The notes below the pieces were generated by a model. It worked only from the letters and a program-made list of their open reading frames with translations, was not told the DNA's origin and searched no databases. From Chloropicon primus (Eukaryota), in assembly GCA_023205875.1 (NCBI GenBank), contig CP060756.1, positions 496,001-560,000 on the forward strand: a DNA stretch of 64,000 bases, read 5' to 3'. Made by a program: the position numbers and the translations under genes. This document shows, piece by piece, positions 34,961 to 45,320 of this stretch (its first letter is position 1; each line of letters starts with the position of its first letter).

Positions 34961-35662
34961 TCACGAGGGGGGGTTGCGCGGTCTCCTGTGCTTTCTTTCT
35001 GAGGAATTGTTAGGGTTCATATTATAGTACAGTTCTTTAACGGAGACGAGGGATAGCAATCTTTCCGTTTCTACTTGGCGGAAGCAAAGGTTTGACACCA
35101 GGTCCTTGGGAATGATCAGGGGTGACTCCAACGGCGGGAAGTCTAATTTATGCTCTGCAGGCTGGCCCCTACCCGCGCTTGTATTCAAGCTAGCAAGCTC
35201 ATTCCTAAGGAACATGATCTCTCTGTTTGCCATCGCCTCGCGATACTTCAAGGTTGCGTTCTCTGTCTCCAACTGCCGGACCTTCAACTGCAGCTCCTCC
35301 ATGGCAGCCTTCTTCCTCAGCCTCGAAGCCGCGGCGCTCCTCCTGTTTTTCTCCTTTCTGTCCAACTGCTTGCTCTCTCCATCGTTCTCCGCACGCTCCT
35401 CCTTCACGGCGGCGAGGCACCTCTTCTTCGACGTCGTCGTGTCGCACGAGAGTCCCGAGCACTGCGTCTCGGTCCCCGTGTCCACCGACGATCCGCTCCC
35501 TCTCCTCGTCCTCTTCTTCGAACAACCCCCCTCCTTTTCCTGTTCCCCTGCCAGCCCCGAGAGCAGCCAGGTATCGAAAGTCTCCGGCAAGTCGAACGTC
35601 TCCTCCGGCGGAGGAAGGTAGAACGGCTCCGGCAAAGCGCCGAAAGGCTCCGTATCTGCCAT
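34961..35662 (-). CDS. bZIP transcription factor, bZIP60/XBP1/HAC1-like; unspliced stop 34961, predicted spliced stop 35037-35039
   Basis: RKEKNRRSAAASRLRKKAAMEELQLKVRQLETENATL bZIP domain, followed by twin CNG|CNG loops. Confidence 0.88.
   Translation of the reverse strand: MADTEPFGALPEPFYLPPPEETFDLPETFDTWLLSGLAGEQEKEGGCSKKRTRRGSGSSVDTGTETQCSGLSCDTTTSKKRCLAAVKEERAENDGESKQLDRKEKNRRSAAASRLRKKAAMEELQLKVRQLETENATLKYREAMANREIMFLRNELASLNTSAGRGQPAEHKLDFPPLESPLIIPKDLVSNLCFRQVETERLLSLVSVKELYYNMNPNNSSERKHRRPRNPPS
35135..35157 (-). other. Putative 23-nt IRE1-cleaved unconventional intron
   Basis: The mRNA reads CUG|CAGAGCAUAAAUUAGACUUCCCG|CCGUUGGAGUC. The 3' loop CCGCCGUU is closed by GACUUC/GGAGUC, and the basal stem is AGGGG/CCCCU. 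Confidence 0.75.
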
Positions 35663-36288
35663 CTCCTCACCAACAAGAAAAGACAAACGACCCGATCCGG
35701 AAAGAAAGCTTTGGGTGTTGGGTTCGGAACCAAAAAAAGAAAACCTAGGTCTAGGTTTCCTCCTCTTCCTTCTCCCTTCTCCCTTCTCCTTCTCTTTCTG
35801 CAACTCTCTCTCTGTCTTCTGGGCGGCAGCGGCGAGGGGTGGAGGGGGGGGGGGGCTGAAGGACTTCTCCTTCCTCTTCCTCTTCCTCTTCCTCTTCCTC
35901 GCTCTCTCGCTCTCACACACGACGACGGTATCGTGCTTCCCGCTCGCTGTCGTTGACTGCGATGGTTCCTCTCCGAGTTGGTGTTCCTGGGCGCTCATTG
36001 GTCGAGACGAGCACGCCTTCAATGGGAAACTGGAATTTGGAAATAGTGGCGAGGATCCCGCCATGAAGGGAGAGGGGCCGTTTCGGAACTCGACCGTCAG
36101 TTGTGAGCGACCAGCAATTCCCTTTTGCACACCTTGGTCCTTTGGCAAGGCGAGTCCAGCGAGTGCAGGCTGAGAGATGACACCTTTGAAGCGGACAGAG
36201 TCGTGGAATGACTTGTCCGCCGCGGGGGGGGGGAGTGGCTTGATATCGAATTGTGCTGTATATTATAGTTTTGTGGAGTCTGTTCCCC

Positions 36289-37728
36289 CTAGGGATGTAC
36301 AAAATTGTTGCAAGAATCGCAGATGTGCTTTACACCCTGCTTCTGGAACTCGACCATGTCCTCCGTCTCTTGGGACGCCCTGCAGACGGCCTCGCACCAG
36401 GACTGCCAGTCCTTGAACCCGGAGATCTCGTAGATGTGCTTGTCCCTGTCTTCGCCGTGATCGTATTCTCTCTGAACGTGCTGCGCTACGGGGCTCTCGT
36501 CGTAGCACTTTCGAAAGTCTTCCTCCTGTACTCCTCCCGCGGAATCATGAAGAAATGAACTCATTATGGAACCACCCTCCGGAGTTGTCACGCACTGCCT
36601 CAAGTCTTTGCCGACCGGGACCAACGACCTCATCCAGTCTCCACAATGTTGGCTTTCATCCTCTGCAACGCAGATGCGTAAGAACCGGTCGAGCAACGCG
36701 GGGGGCAACGAGTTCATACTCACGGCCCAGGATGATTCGGCGTTGAAGACCCCGTGCAAGGTGGCCGGCGGCAGGTGAATCCAGTCACCCGCATTGACTG
36801 CGCCTTCCTGAATCGTGACCCTTCCTAACGAGGGAAAGGTCTCCAAGTCGGGATTCCAAACCTCAAAGTGTTTGGTCACTCCACCCACCAGCCTCTTCCA
36901 TCTCCGAGCGCTCCGGTAGAAAGGCAGGTAGACGCTCGAATCTTCGTACGATATGGTCCTGAAGATCTTCTTCCCGATGTAGACCGACATCCAGAAGGGA
37001 GTGTAGCCGGTGTCCATGTGCATCTCCGTCAAGGAGCCCTTTGGCCCGATGAAAACCTCAGGTTGAGTCAAAAGATTGCGAACGAACTCCCCGTCGGGCC
37101 CACGAGAAACTTTGTCGCTGGAGTACAAGACATTGGCCACGTATTTTGGAATGGGAGCGTAAAGATCCAGTCGCGGGCACACCTCTCCTGTCCCCACGTT
37201 ACCCGAAGCGTACCTCATCTGAGCCTCCTCCTTGGGGCTCAGAATGTAGTTGTCAACGTAGTCCCCGAGGTGCATGAGCTTCGTCTCCGTTAGCCCCGCC
37301 CACGCGCTCGAGTTCTTGCTGTATTTGTTCGTTTCCATGACGCCTTCGCCGCACAGGTCCTTCAGCCCCTGCCAGCCCAACTCCAAGGCCTTGTGATGAC
37401 GCACCCCATTCTCCACGATGACGACTTGATCCCCGTACTTTTTGAAGAACTCCTTGGTGCTTCCTATGGAGTCGGCAGGGACCCTGAGGATGGGCACGAT
37501 GTTGATCTTCCTCTTGGCCGGGGAACTCGTGCCCCCGCTCAAGATAAAGTGCAGTCCAAAAAACAGGCCTAAGAATCCAAGAGCCACCATCATCTTTCCC
37601 CTCTCCTCGTTGCACAACAGGGACTTGGCCTGGCCGCTACGAGCACCAGGGAGAGCTCTACCGGAGGAGTGAAGCGGGGAGTAACTCGCCCCGCTCCTGT
37701 CCTGCACCGACAACGAGTGCCTCAACAT
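36289..37728 (-). CDS. JmjC/cupin-8 Fe/2OG oxygenase, type II membrane-anchored
   Basis: FIGPKGS.T.MHMD, G.K.F and AGDWIHLP...LHGV.N (HxD...H triad), with one N-proximal TM segment. Confidence 0.85.
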   Translation of the reverse strand: MLRHSLSVQDRSGASYSPLHSSGRALPGARSGQAKSLLCNEERGKMMVALGFLGLFFGLHFILSGGTSSPAKRKINIVPILRVPADSIGSTKEFFKKYGDQVVIVENGVRHHKALELGWQGLKDLCGEGVMETNKYSKNSSAWAGLTETKLMHLGDYVDNYILSPKEEAQMRYASGNVGTGEVCPRLDLYAPIPKYVANVLYSSDKVSRGPDGEFVRNLLTQPEVFIGPKGSLTEMHMDTGYTPFWMSVYIGKKIFRTISYEDSSVYLPFYRSARRWKRLVGGVTKHFEVWNPDLETFPSLGRVTIQEGAVNAGDWIHLPPATLHGVFNAESSWAVSMNSLPPALLDRFLRICVAEDESQHCGDWMRSLVPVGKDLRQCVTTPEGGSIMSSFLHDSAGGVQEEDFRKCYDESPVAQHVQREYDHGEDRDKHIYEISGFKDWQSWCEAVCRASQETEDMVEFQKQGVKHICDSCNNFVHP

Positions 37729-38025
37729 CCGTTCAGTTCTTGTCCTTGGTCAACAGCTTTGCATTGGTCACTTCAAGTCGAGTGAACCTCGTCTGGACTT
37801 GAGTGCGGACTTCTCAGTCTCTTTCACACTCAAGTCACTTTCGTGCCACTGAACGGAGTTGTTATGTAAATAGGGACAAAATAGGGCGTCCATGAACAAT
37901 CTTATGGCGGTGTGGTTCCAAGACAGGTGAAGGAGCTTTACATAGGAAGCCGGGCGATACACTAAGGCGACGGAGAACATCCTTCTCCTCTCCTCTCCTC
38001 CTCTCCTTCTTTTGTTCACGTGAAG

Positions 38026-39330
38026 ATGGCGTTCAGTCGACCAATGGGAAGAGGAAGGGCAGTTGCAAAGAAGGGTTGGCCCAGTCCCACAAACGTCAAA
38101 GCTTTTGTCGTGGGTTTGGGTATTGTCATGCTACTGGTCGCTAGACGAAACATCGATAGCGGGACAAAACAAGTCAAAGCTCCAGTTTCACCTTCACCTC
38201 CCCCTCAGAGATGTGATTACACACTGGATGAACAGCACTACAGCAGCTACTACGAGGACCAGTGTTGGAAAAACTTTTCTGTCCCGGACTTGGGGGACTC
38301 TGAAGGTGCAAGTCGAGCTATTTATGATCACGGAGCTTTGTATATGAAAAGCGTGATCGATTTTGAAGAAGCAAAGAGGTTCAGGACATATTTGACTTCT
38401 GTGGTGTCCCCGAGAACGCTGGACGGGGAGGAATACTTTGTAGGAAACTTGAGAGACCCGGACGGGAGGTACGACATCAGGTTGGACCCAAGGGAGCATG
38501 CTCCTGTAATGGATATGCTGAACAAGGTTGTTGGAAGACTGAAGCCTACCTTGGAGAAAATAGTGGGTCCAAAAGCAGAACTCGTGGACTTTTCCGCGTA
38601 CGTGACTTGCAACTCTTCAGCACAACATACGCATCAGGACGCCTGCGCCCTCTGCTGTCCCATCAAGGACAAGTACGAGTCCAGAATGGAAGAGGTCGAA
38701 AGCATTTTCGATTTCAACGACAGAGACCGCATTGCTATCCTGAAACCCAAGTATTATGCGAACAAGGAGCAATCCCAAGTGTACTCCATGTTTGTCGCTT
38801 TGCAGCCGACGACCAAGGAGAGGAATGGCGTGACGTTCACTTATCCAGATAGCCACAGACTCTTTGTTTGGGACAATGCCGAGGACGATATAGCCGGTGA
38901 AAGCGTGGAGCGTGAGCTAGGTGATGTTGCCCGAAAGAAATATCAGAGGTGTGAGCCACCACTGAACACGGGCGACGGATTCATATACAACTCAAAAACA
39001 TTCCATGCCGCCAACGCGAACCCATCGATCTCCGCAAGGATGATGCTCTTGATAGCCTTTCAGTCGGGAGAAGAGAGGAAAGGTTTGCCTTTGGGCTCGA
39101 CCTATTCGATACAGAGGGACTTCCTCAGGATGCAACCCGGAAAAGTTACGAGAACCGGTATGGAAGACGAGCCTGACTACTATTCCACTAAATGCATGAC
39201 TCAGGCCAACACCGCCGCAAGCAATCAAATGAAAGTACGCGGCAAAGTCTCACTTGATAAGTTCCCGTTGACTGTAGACTCCCTGAGCAGTATCCTCGCG
39301 TCCGGCAACAATCTCTTCTTCGGAAGATAA
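38026..39330 (+). CDS. PhyH-like Fe/2OG dioxygenase, type II membrane-anchored
   Basis: Q..HQD, FVALQ, NG.T..YPDSH and GDGFIYNSKTFHAANAN.S..AR, with an N-terminal TM segment. Confidence 0.8.
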   Translation: MAFSRPMGRGRAVAKKGWPSPTNVKAFVVGLGIVMLLVARRNIDSGTKQVKAPVSPSPPPQRCDYTLDEQHYSSYYEDQCWKNFSVPDLGDSEGASRAIYDHGALYMKSVIDFEEAKRFRTYLTSVVSPRTLDGEEYFVGNLRDPDGRYDIRLDPREHAPVMDMLNKVVGRLKPTLEKIVGPKAELVDFSAYVTCNSSAQHTHQDACALCCPIKDKYESRMEEVESIFDFNDRDRIAILKPKYYANKEQSQVYSMFVALQPTTKERNGVTFTYPDSHRLFVWDNAEDDIAGESVERELGDVARKKYQRCEPPLNTGDGFIYNSKTFHAANANPSISARMMLLIAFQSGEERKGLPLGSTYSIQRDFLRMQPGKVTRTGMEDEPDYYSTKCMTQANTAASNQMKVRGKVSLDKFPLTVDSLSSILASGNNLFFGR

Positions 39331-39382
39331 CCAAAAGTTCATAAACGTATCATATGATAGCTATTATATTGTAAACATAAAC

Positions 39383-39524
39383 CGATCTGCTTCTCCTGGC
39401 TAGCGATCTGCTTCTCCTGGCTAGCGATCTGCTTCTCCTGGCTAGCGATCTGCTTCTCCTGGCTAGCGATCTGCTTCTCCTGGCTAGCGATCTGCTTCTC
39501 CTGGCTAGCGATCTGCTTCTCCTG
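39383..39524. repeat. Perfect 21-bp tandem repeat (CGATCTGCTTCTCCTGGCTAG) x6 plus a 16-nt partial unit
   Basis: Seen directly; the minus strand reads (QEKQIAS)n. Confidence 0.97.
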
Positions 39525-39697
39525 CTGGTCTGAGAAGGGACGAACAAACGTGACAAAGTCAGCGACGGAACGGACGACGAGGGACAGGATTTGTGGATAC
39601 GGACCTGGTCTTGGAAGGATTCTTCGCCTCGCGCTCTTTCCGTACCTCGCTCGCTCGACGACTTTGACGCTTCGATCAGGTGGTCGAGACTGGTGGG

Positions 39698-39734
<37 letters not shown>

Positions 39735-39754
39735 GCAAGGCAACTCCGGGGGGC

Positions 39755-40321
39755 ATGGCGTTTGGTGGGGCGAGGGGCATCGGGGCCAAGGCGCCCGAGA
39801 AGGGCGTCTTCCCTTTGGACCACTTCGGGGAGTGCAAGACGGTAAGAGTTATATCCCTCGACGCGAATCTAAAGATCTACTCCTTTGATCCGTGATCCGT
39901 GTCCGTGGTGTGTGTGTGTGTGTGTGTGACTGACCCCACCTCGACACACTGAAGGTGATGAAGGACTACCTGGCTTGCCTCAAGCAGGAGAAGGGCGACT
40001 CACTCGAATGCAAGCTGCTCTCGAAGAAATACTTGGAGTGCCGCATGGACAAGTAAGTGCATCCCTCCCACGCCAGACACACTGAAACACATTGGCTGAC
40101 ACACACACACACACTTCGGGACAACACAAAACAAAAGGAACCTGATGGCGAGGGAAGACCTGAGCAAGCTCGGCTTCCGCCAGAAATCCGTCGGAAACAG
40201 TCCACCGCGGGGGAAGACAGAGTCGATGGCGTCAGGGAAGAGGAAGACGGATCCGGGGGGAGGAGACCAGGCGAGGCAGAGGGAAAAGGACGGCTTCATA
40301 CCGGGCGTCAGGGGGAAATGA
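39755..40321 (+). CDS. COX19: Cytochrome c oxidase assembly factor COX19; exons 39755-39841, 39955-40052, 40138-40321
   Basis: PEKGVFPLDHFGECKT|VMKDYLACLK...ECKLLSKKYLECRMDK|NLMAREDLSKLGF (twin CX9C). The ORF track misses it because of the introns. Confidence 0.93.
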
Positions 40322-40445
40322 ATGGAGCGGGACGAGGGCAAAGCCAAAGCCAGGCCCTTACCCCTATCTCGTGATGTAACCATAGGTAGTTCAAGTAAAT
40401 ATAAATATAAATATAAATATTTATCATACAAGTTGAAGAAGGGCC

Positions 40446-41870
40446 TTAAGCGGCGGCGAGCTGGGCGCCCTTCAGGTCGCCGACGACACGGCCCATCAGC
40501 GCCTTCCTCGCCATTCTGTACCTGACGGATGCCTGCTCCCAAAGAGGCAGGCCTGAACCCTTCAAGATCACCTCATCCTCTTCCAAGGTCGTGGGCATTC
40601 TGTCGCTCAGGCCCTGGAAGTAGTCCAGGACCCTGGAGATCGCGAGCGCCTCGGTCCCCTGGTCGCAAAAGAGCCTGCCCCCCGACGCCGTCAGGCCACC
40701 CAAAACTTCGGGGCAGTCCCTGAATGAGCTCACGGACTGGGAGGACTCGTCCTCGATCTCGTACAGCAAGCCACAGCCGTCCGAGTCGAGGAGGAGTCTC
40801 TTCTCCAGGAGCGCGCCGTCGAGGACGTCCTGGATCCTGTCGGAGCCCGGCTCGGGGGGAGCGCGGGGAAGGGATGACAAGAGCAGGATCCTGCGGAGGC
40901 TGAAGAAGCCGCCACCCCTGTGGCCACCCACGAGAACGGACTCCAGTGGGGTGTGGTCCGCGTCCTCGAAGACTTCGGACCGGCTCTCGTTCTCGTCGGG
41001 GGTGAAGCCGTAACACCGAAAGAAGTCCCTCAAGGGCCTGTGCCCGTAATCGATTGTCATTGGGCTTCCCTCGTCGATATCTGCCTGAGCGACGAGCTCG
41101 ATGGCGCCCACGGCGCTGCCGGAGATGCAGCACCGCAGGGAGCAGTTCGCGCCGGCGCTGTGGTCGCACAAGTCGATCAAAGGTAGCATGCACTGAAGGG
41201 CCTCCCCGTGGGCCTCCTGGAGCTTCCCCTCGAGGTGGAGGCTCAGGTTGAGGGACCTGCTCCTTACGATCGCGATGGACCACAAGAAGTCACGAAACGA
41301 CAGCGCCTCCGAGTTCAGCGCGGTGTCGTAGATAAAGCGGAGGAGACCCCGCTCCCTGCGGATAGAGGCGCTCAAGCCCGCGTTCTGCAGCTCGTCCAGC
41401 TGGTCCTCTTCGAAGAGAAGAGGATGGATCAGAGGAGGGCCCCTAACCGCGTCGGAGAGCGAGGGACCGCCCTCCCCCGGCTCAGGCGGCGGCGGGGCCG
41501 GCAGCAGGCTCGTGTACGACCTCATATCCCCCGAAGCTCCTGGGCTCGCCTCGCCGCATATTTGCAGCGCCACGAGGAGCGAGATGGTCGAGTGCCCCAC
41601 ACCCTCGGCGCTCTTGCAGAACGACAAGAAACCTTGCAATCCGCCGAGGAGCAAATCGCCCTTACCCCCCTTCTCCGCGACGCTGTGCCGCCTCAGTGCG
41701 CTCCTCAGGTTCAAGGCCCGACACCAAGGAATCCGGACTATGGTTTCCCCCTCCTTGTAGGGCTCCCCCGCCGTCAGGGTCCTGCTGCAGCCGCATGCCG
41801 TCTCCCTGAGATCGAGCCTCGAATCGACCCGCCCCCCTGACCCCTCCACCCATCGGCGAAGGCCCTCCAT
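40446..41870 (-). CDS. SET-domain lysine methyltransferase (Rubisco LSMT/SETD3-like)
   Basis: FLWSIAIVRSRS, MLPLIDLCDH and IDYG..P..DFFRCYGF, with a C-terminal TTLEEDE...YRMARK substrate-binding region. Confidence 0.85.
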   Translation of the reverse strand: MEGLRRWVEGSGGRVDSRLDLRETACGCSRTLTAGEPYKEGETIVRIPWCRALNLRSALRRHSVAEKGGKGDLLLGGLQGFLSFCKSAEGVGHSTISLLVALQICGEASPGASGDMRSYTSLLPAPPPPEPGEGGPSLSDAVRGPPLIHPLLFEEDQLDELQNAGLSASIRRERGLLRFIYDTALNSEALSFRDFLWSIAIVRSRSLNLSLHLEGKLQEAHGEALQCMLPLIDLCDHSAGANCSLRCCISGSAVGAIELVAQADIDEGSPMTIDYGHRPLRDFFRCYGFTPDENESRSEVFEDADHTPLESVLVGGHRGGGFFSLRRILLLSSLPRAPPEPGSDRIQDVLDGALLEKRLLLDSDGCGLLYEIEDESSQSVSSFRDCPEVLGGLTASGGRLFCDQGTEALAISRVLDYFQGLSDRMPTTLEEDEVILKGSGLPLWEQASVRYRMARKALMGRVVGDLKGAQLAAA

Positions 41871-42097
41871 CCAAACACAAACACAGCCACCGACCCCCTT
41901 GCACTCCTGTAAGTCTGTCTGAACCAATCCAAACAAGTGGAAACAAAACAAAACAAAACAAAACAAAACAGAATGGAGCGATGCCACCAAGGTCCAGGTC
42001 CAGTGAAGGGCAATATCCTAATCCTGGTCCTGGTCCCCTTGCACTTGCACTCCTGTGTCCCTCGCCCTCGCCCTCCACCGTGCAGACTTCGACTACT

Positions 42098-42122
42098 TTT
42101 AGGGTTTAACGTTTTAGGGTTT
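42098..42122. promoter_or_regulatory. Two telo-boxes (TTTAGGGTTT) in a divergent promoter
   Basis: Copies at 42098-42107 and 42113-42122; a similar AACCCTAA lies just upstream of SEC23. Confidence 0.55.
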
Positions 42123-42146
42123 GAGAGGAGGGAAAATATGTTTTTT

Positions 42147-42161
42147 TTCAAATTTGCCGCC
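42147..42161 (-). promoter_or_regulatory. CDE/CHR-like element GGCGG-N4-TTTGAA
   Basis: The minus strand reads TTGGCGGCAAATTTGAAAA, between the SET gene and CEP78. Confidence 0.5.
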
Positions 42162-42355
42162 AACCTCGAGGAGAGAGAGAGAGAGAGAGAGAGGGTGAAC
42201 GCGGTCGCCTTGACTGGTTCCGGCGAGGACAAGAAGAGGGGAAAAGGGCACAGGTGGGAGAACAGGTGGGAAATCCTTTCAAAGATCACGGCTTCGTCCA
42301 TCTTTTTTGTTCGCCTTGGCTTGGCTTGGACGTGGACTTTGGCTTGAACAAGGTC

Positions 42356-43995
42356 ATGAGGCCACACACTGCACCGGCGGGAGGACAGGCGTCCACGAGC
42401 CCCAGCCGCGGCTCGGGACCTTTGCCAAGCTTTGGTTCCAAAATGGGAAGCAGCATCAAACACAAGCGCATCCGTAATGTCAGCGTGGACTTGCCCAAGC
42501 ACCTCGCGAACGGTGGCTTGCAGGTGAGTGGACAGAGAATCTTTTTGGCCAGTGCGACGTGGTCGTTCCCGGGGACCCTTCTGACGAACGCTTCTTCTTT
42601 ACCTTTTCTCAGGCGAACCTTGTTCCCTTCAAGGCGGACGAGATCATAGAGCTGGTGGATGGAATTCTGGAAGGGTACGGGAAGCTCGAGTACCTGAGGC
42701 TCCTTTGCCTTTCGAAGGGCCACACGGCTGGAACTTCGGATAACAAGCGCATGGGGACGATCACCCACGATAGGTGTGTTGACTCGGTGGTGTCGAAGAT
42801 TCAGCAAGAGCGCCTGAGGAGGCGCATGCCCAAGCTGTTCAAGAACGTCCTGAGGAACGCTCCCCTCGTGGAGCTCGAGCTCGGGTTCACTTGCTCGGGG
42901 GAGAACGCCAAGGCCTTGTCGAGGGGGCTCGCCGGAAACCGGACCCTGAGAAAGCTGAGCTTGGCTGGAAGCGGCATAGGCGACACGAACTTTCTCGTCG
43001 TGTTCCAAGTTCTACCGTCCCTCCAGCACCTCCAGGAGCTTTGCCTCCCTTACTGCAAGCTCACGGACACCAGCGGCAAGGCGATCGCTAGCCTGATCAA
43101 GGGGAACGCTAGCAAGTCTGCCACTGACATGTGGCAGAGTCAGCTGAGGACGTACAGGCCCCAGTCCCCCAGGAAGGGCTATGACCACACGGAACTGCAG
43201 AAGCTAGACGCCATCGCTATCGAGAGCAACGACGGCCTGGTCATCCTCGACCTCTGCGGGAACAAGCTGACGTACAGGACGGCACACGCAATGAGCAACG
43301 CTCTGCAACACGACGCGAAGATGGTGTCCCTGAACTTGAGTAGCAACAAGATAGGCAAGGAAGTCTTTCAGGAATTTCAGCAGATCATGAACGCTCACGA
43401 GAGCCTCCAGGTCGTGGACCTGTCGGGGAACGAAGAGAAGTTCGGAAAGCTCGTCAAGCACGGGAAAGGCAGCGCGACGCTGGAAGAGGACGCTCAAGAG
43501 CAGAAGGGGTCGCCAAGGCTCGCAGCGGTGCACAAGGCCCCGGGCCTACAGCCCGTGGACGAGCTCGTGTCGACTGCGGCGATGCAGGACAGCAACGACC
43601 CCTCGGTCACCCTAGCGGAAAGGGTTCTCAAGCAGCTCTTCGAGTACGAGTCTAGGATTTCTGAGCTGGAGAAGAGGAGGCTTCTGGACCTCAAGAAGAT
43701 CCGAAAGCTGGGCAAGGAGAACGACGAGCTGAAGGACATGAATGAGAAGCTGATGTCACGGAAGTACCCACCCGCGAACTCGAGGGCGCCGAAGAGAGCC
43801 CCCAAGGCCCCCAACGAGGGAGAGCTCATTGTGAGCCTAACGGATGCCCTTCAAGGTATCGAGAAAATAGTCACGTCCTTGGCAGACAAGAAGCAGCAGA
43901 GCAAGGAGGGCGCCGCAGACCCAGCGCTCGTCAAGTCCGCGTTGCTGGTGGAGGACTTGAACCGACAGCTGATTTCTTTGTGCGACTTGGGTTGA
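42356..43995 (+). CDS. CEP78: CEP78-like centriolar LRR protein; exons 42356-42523, 42613-43995
   Basis: RNI-like LRRs, CKLTDTSGKAIASLIK...W.SQLR.YRP and a C-terminal coiled coil. Confidence 0.72.
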
Positions 43996-44067
43996 TTTTC
44001 TCTCTGTACTATACTTTACAAGATATCTTATGTTTAGTTTCTATTGCACACGGTTACATCTCAATGC

Positions 44068-45320
44068 TCACGAGCTGTTCTCCAGCCTGTGGGGAAGACT
44101 AAGGAATTTGAGTTGCCTCACAGCATAGTTCAAGTGACTGGCAACATACTTTGGGAGCGAGGGTTTCATGTCGTTCAGTTTGCTGATGAAGGGCTTCAAA
44201 CAGGCCCTGATCTTGGACTCCTCCGCCGCTGCTGAGATGATCTGCAAGCAGTTCATAATGATGATCTCAGTGCCCTCGTCCAAAAGGTTCTGGACGCACT
44301 TCCTCAGTTTCGACTCGTCGATCTCGGAGATGGCTTTCTTGCCCGAGTTCGCCACCGCGAGGGCCATCAAACACGAGGAAGAGGAGTATTGGAGCTTCTT
44401 GTCCGCGGTGAGTGCCATGTTCAGCAACGGCTCCACCACGCCAAGGGCTATCGCTTTCTCCTTCCCCAAGTCAGAAACGGACAAGAACGCCAAAACAGTC
44501 GATGCGGAGTGCTTCAGGTCGGAGCTGGTGCTGTCCAAGTGGCTTGCGCAGACCCCGATGGCGTCGGACTGCAGCAAGTAATCCACAGTCTCCTCGTTGT
44601 GCCTTCCCTCCAGAATCAAGTGTATCAGCTTCAAAGCCGAGGAGGCCTTGGAGGACGCCACGGTGTCTTTGGCGATCTCCAGGAGCTTGTCCAGGAACTT
44701 GTGGTGCTCCAGGAAGAACGCCCGGACGCTCTCCTTCTTCGCGGCCACCAGCAGAGAGTTGAAGCACTCCAGTGCCGTGTCAATGTCGCCGACGTAGGTT
44801 GCCTCCAGCAGGGCGACAATTGCGTCTGCTTTCAGGAGCTCCTCGCACCCCGCGGCATCGCTCGCCAAGAAGCTGAAGTTCCTGGCCGCGGACTGCTGCA
44901 CTTGGAGGTTCTCGTGCGCCAAGCAGTCCACCAAAGCGCCAATGATTCCAGCGCCGAAGCACCTGACCCTGTGCTCCGGTATGGAGATGAGCTCGCGTGC
45001 CGCAAGGAGGCTCTTCTGCCGCACCACCAAGTTGCTGCTCGTCAGCTGCTTCACCTGAAGATGAAGTTGGTTTGATGTGGAGTGAGCGCAGGAAGAAAGA
45101 AAGGCGCGAGGCTCTGTCAGCGGACCGAAGAAAAGAGAGAGAGAGAGACCAGCGTTGATGTTTTGGGTGTCCTGGACAGGCCGAGAGCGTGTTTTGTTGG
45201 ACAACTTACTAGCTTGGGATGGGCAAAGTTTTCGAAACCCCTGGTAATAGACGTCTCGTCAAGGTCCAAAGGGTTCCCCTTGGTCTCGTGCAAGTTAATC
45301 ACTTCGATGTGCCCCTCCAT
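44068..45320 (-). CDS. RSP14: Radial spoke protein 14-like ARM-repeat protein; intron 45055-45209
   Basis: TRGFENFAHPKL|VKQL.S.NL.VRQKSL resembles the RSP14/RTDR1 N-terminus, followed by ARM repeats. Confidence 0.72.

Noticed and set aside
39383..39524. CRISPR-like array
   Set aside because: The units are contiguous and identical with no spacers, there are no cas genes, and the context is eukaryotic.
42098..42122. Telomere or chromosome-fusion remnant
   Set aside because: There are only two isolated units within a promoter, which fits telo-boxes better.
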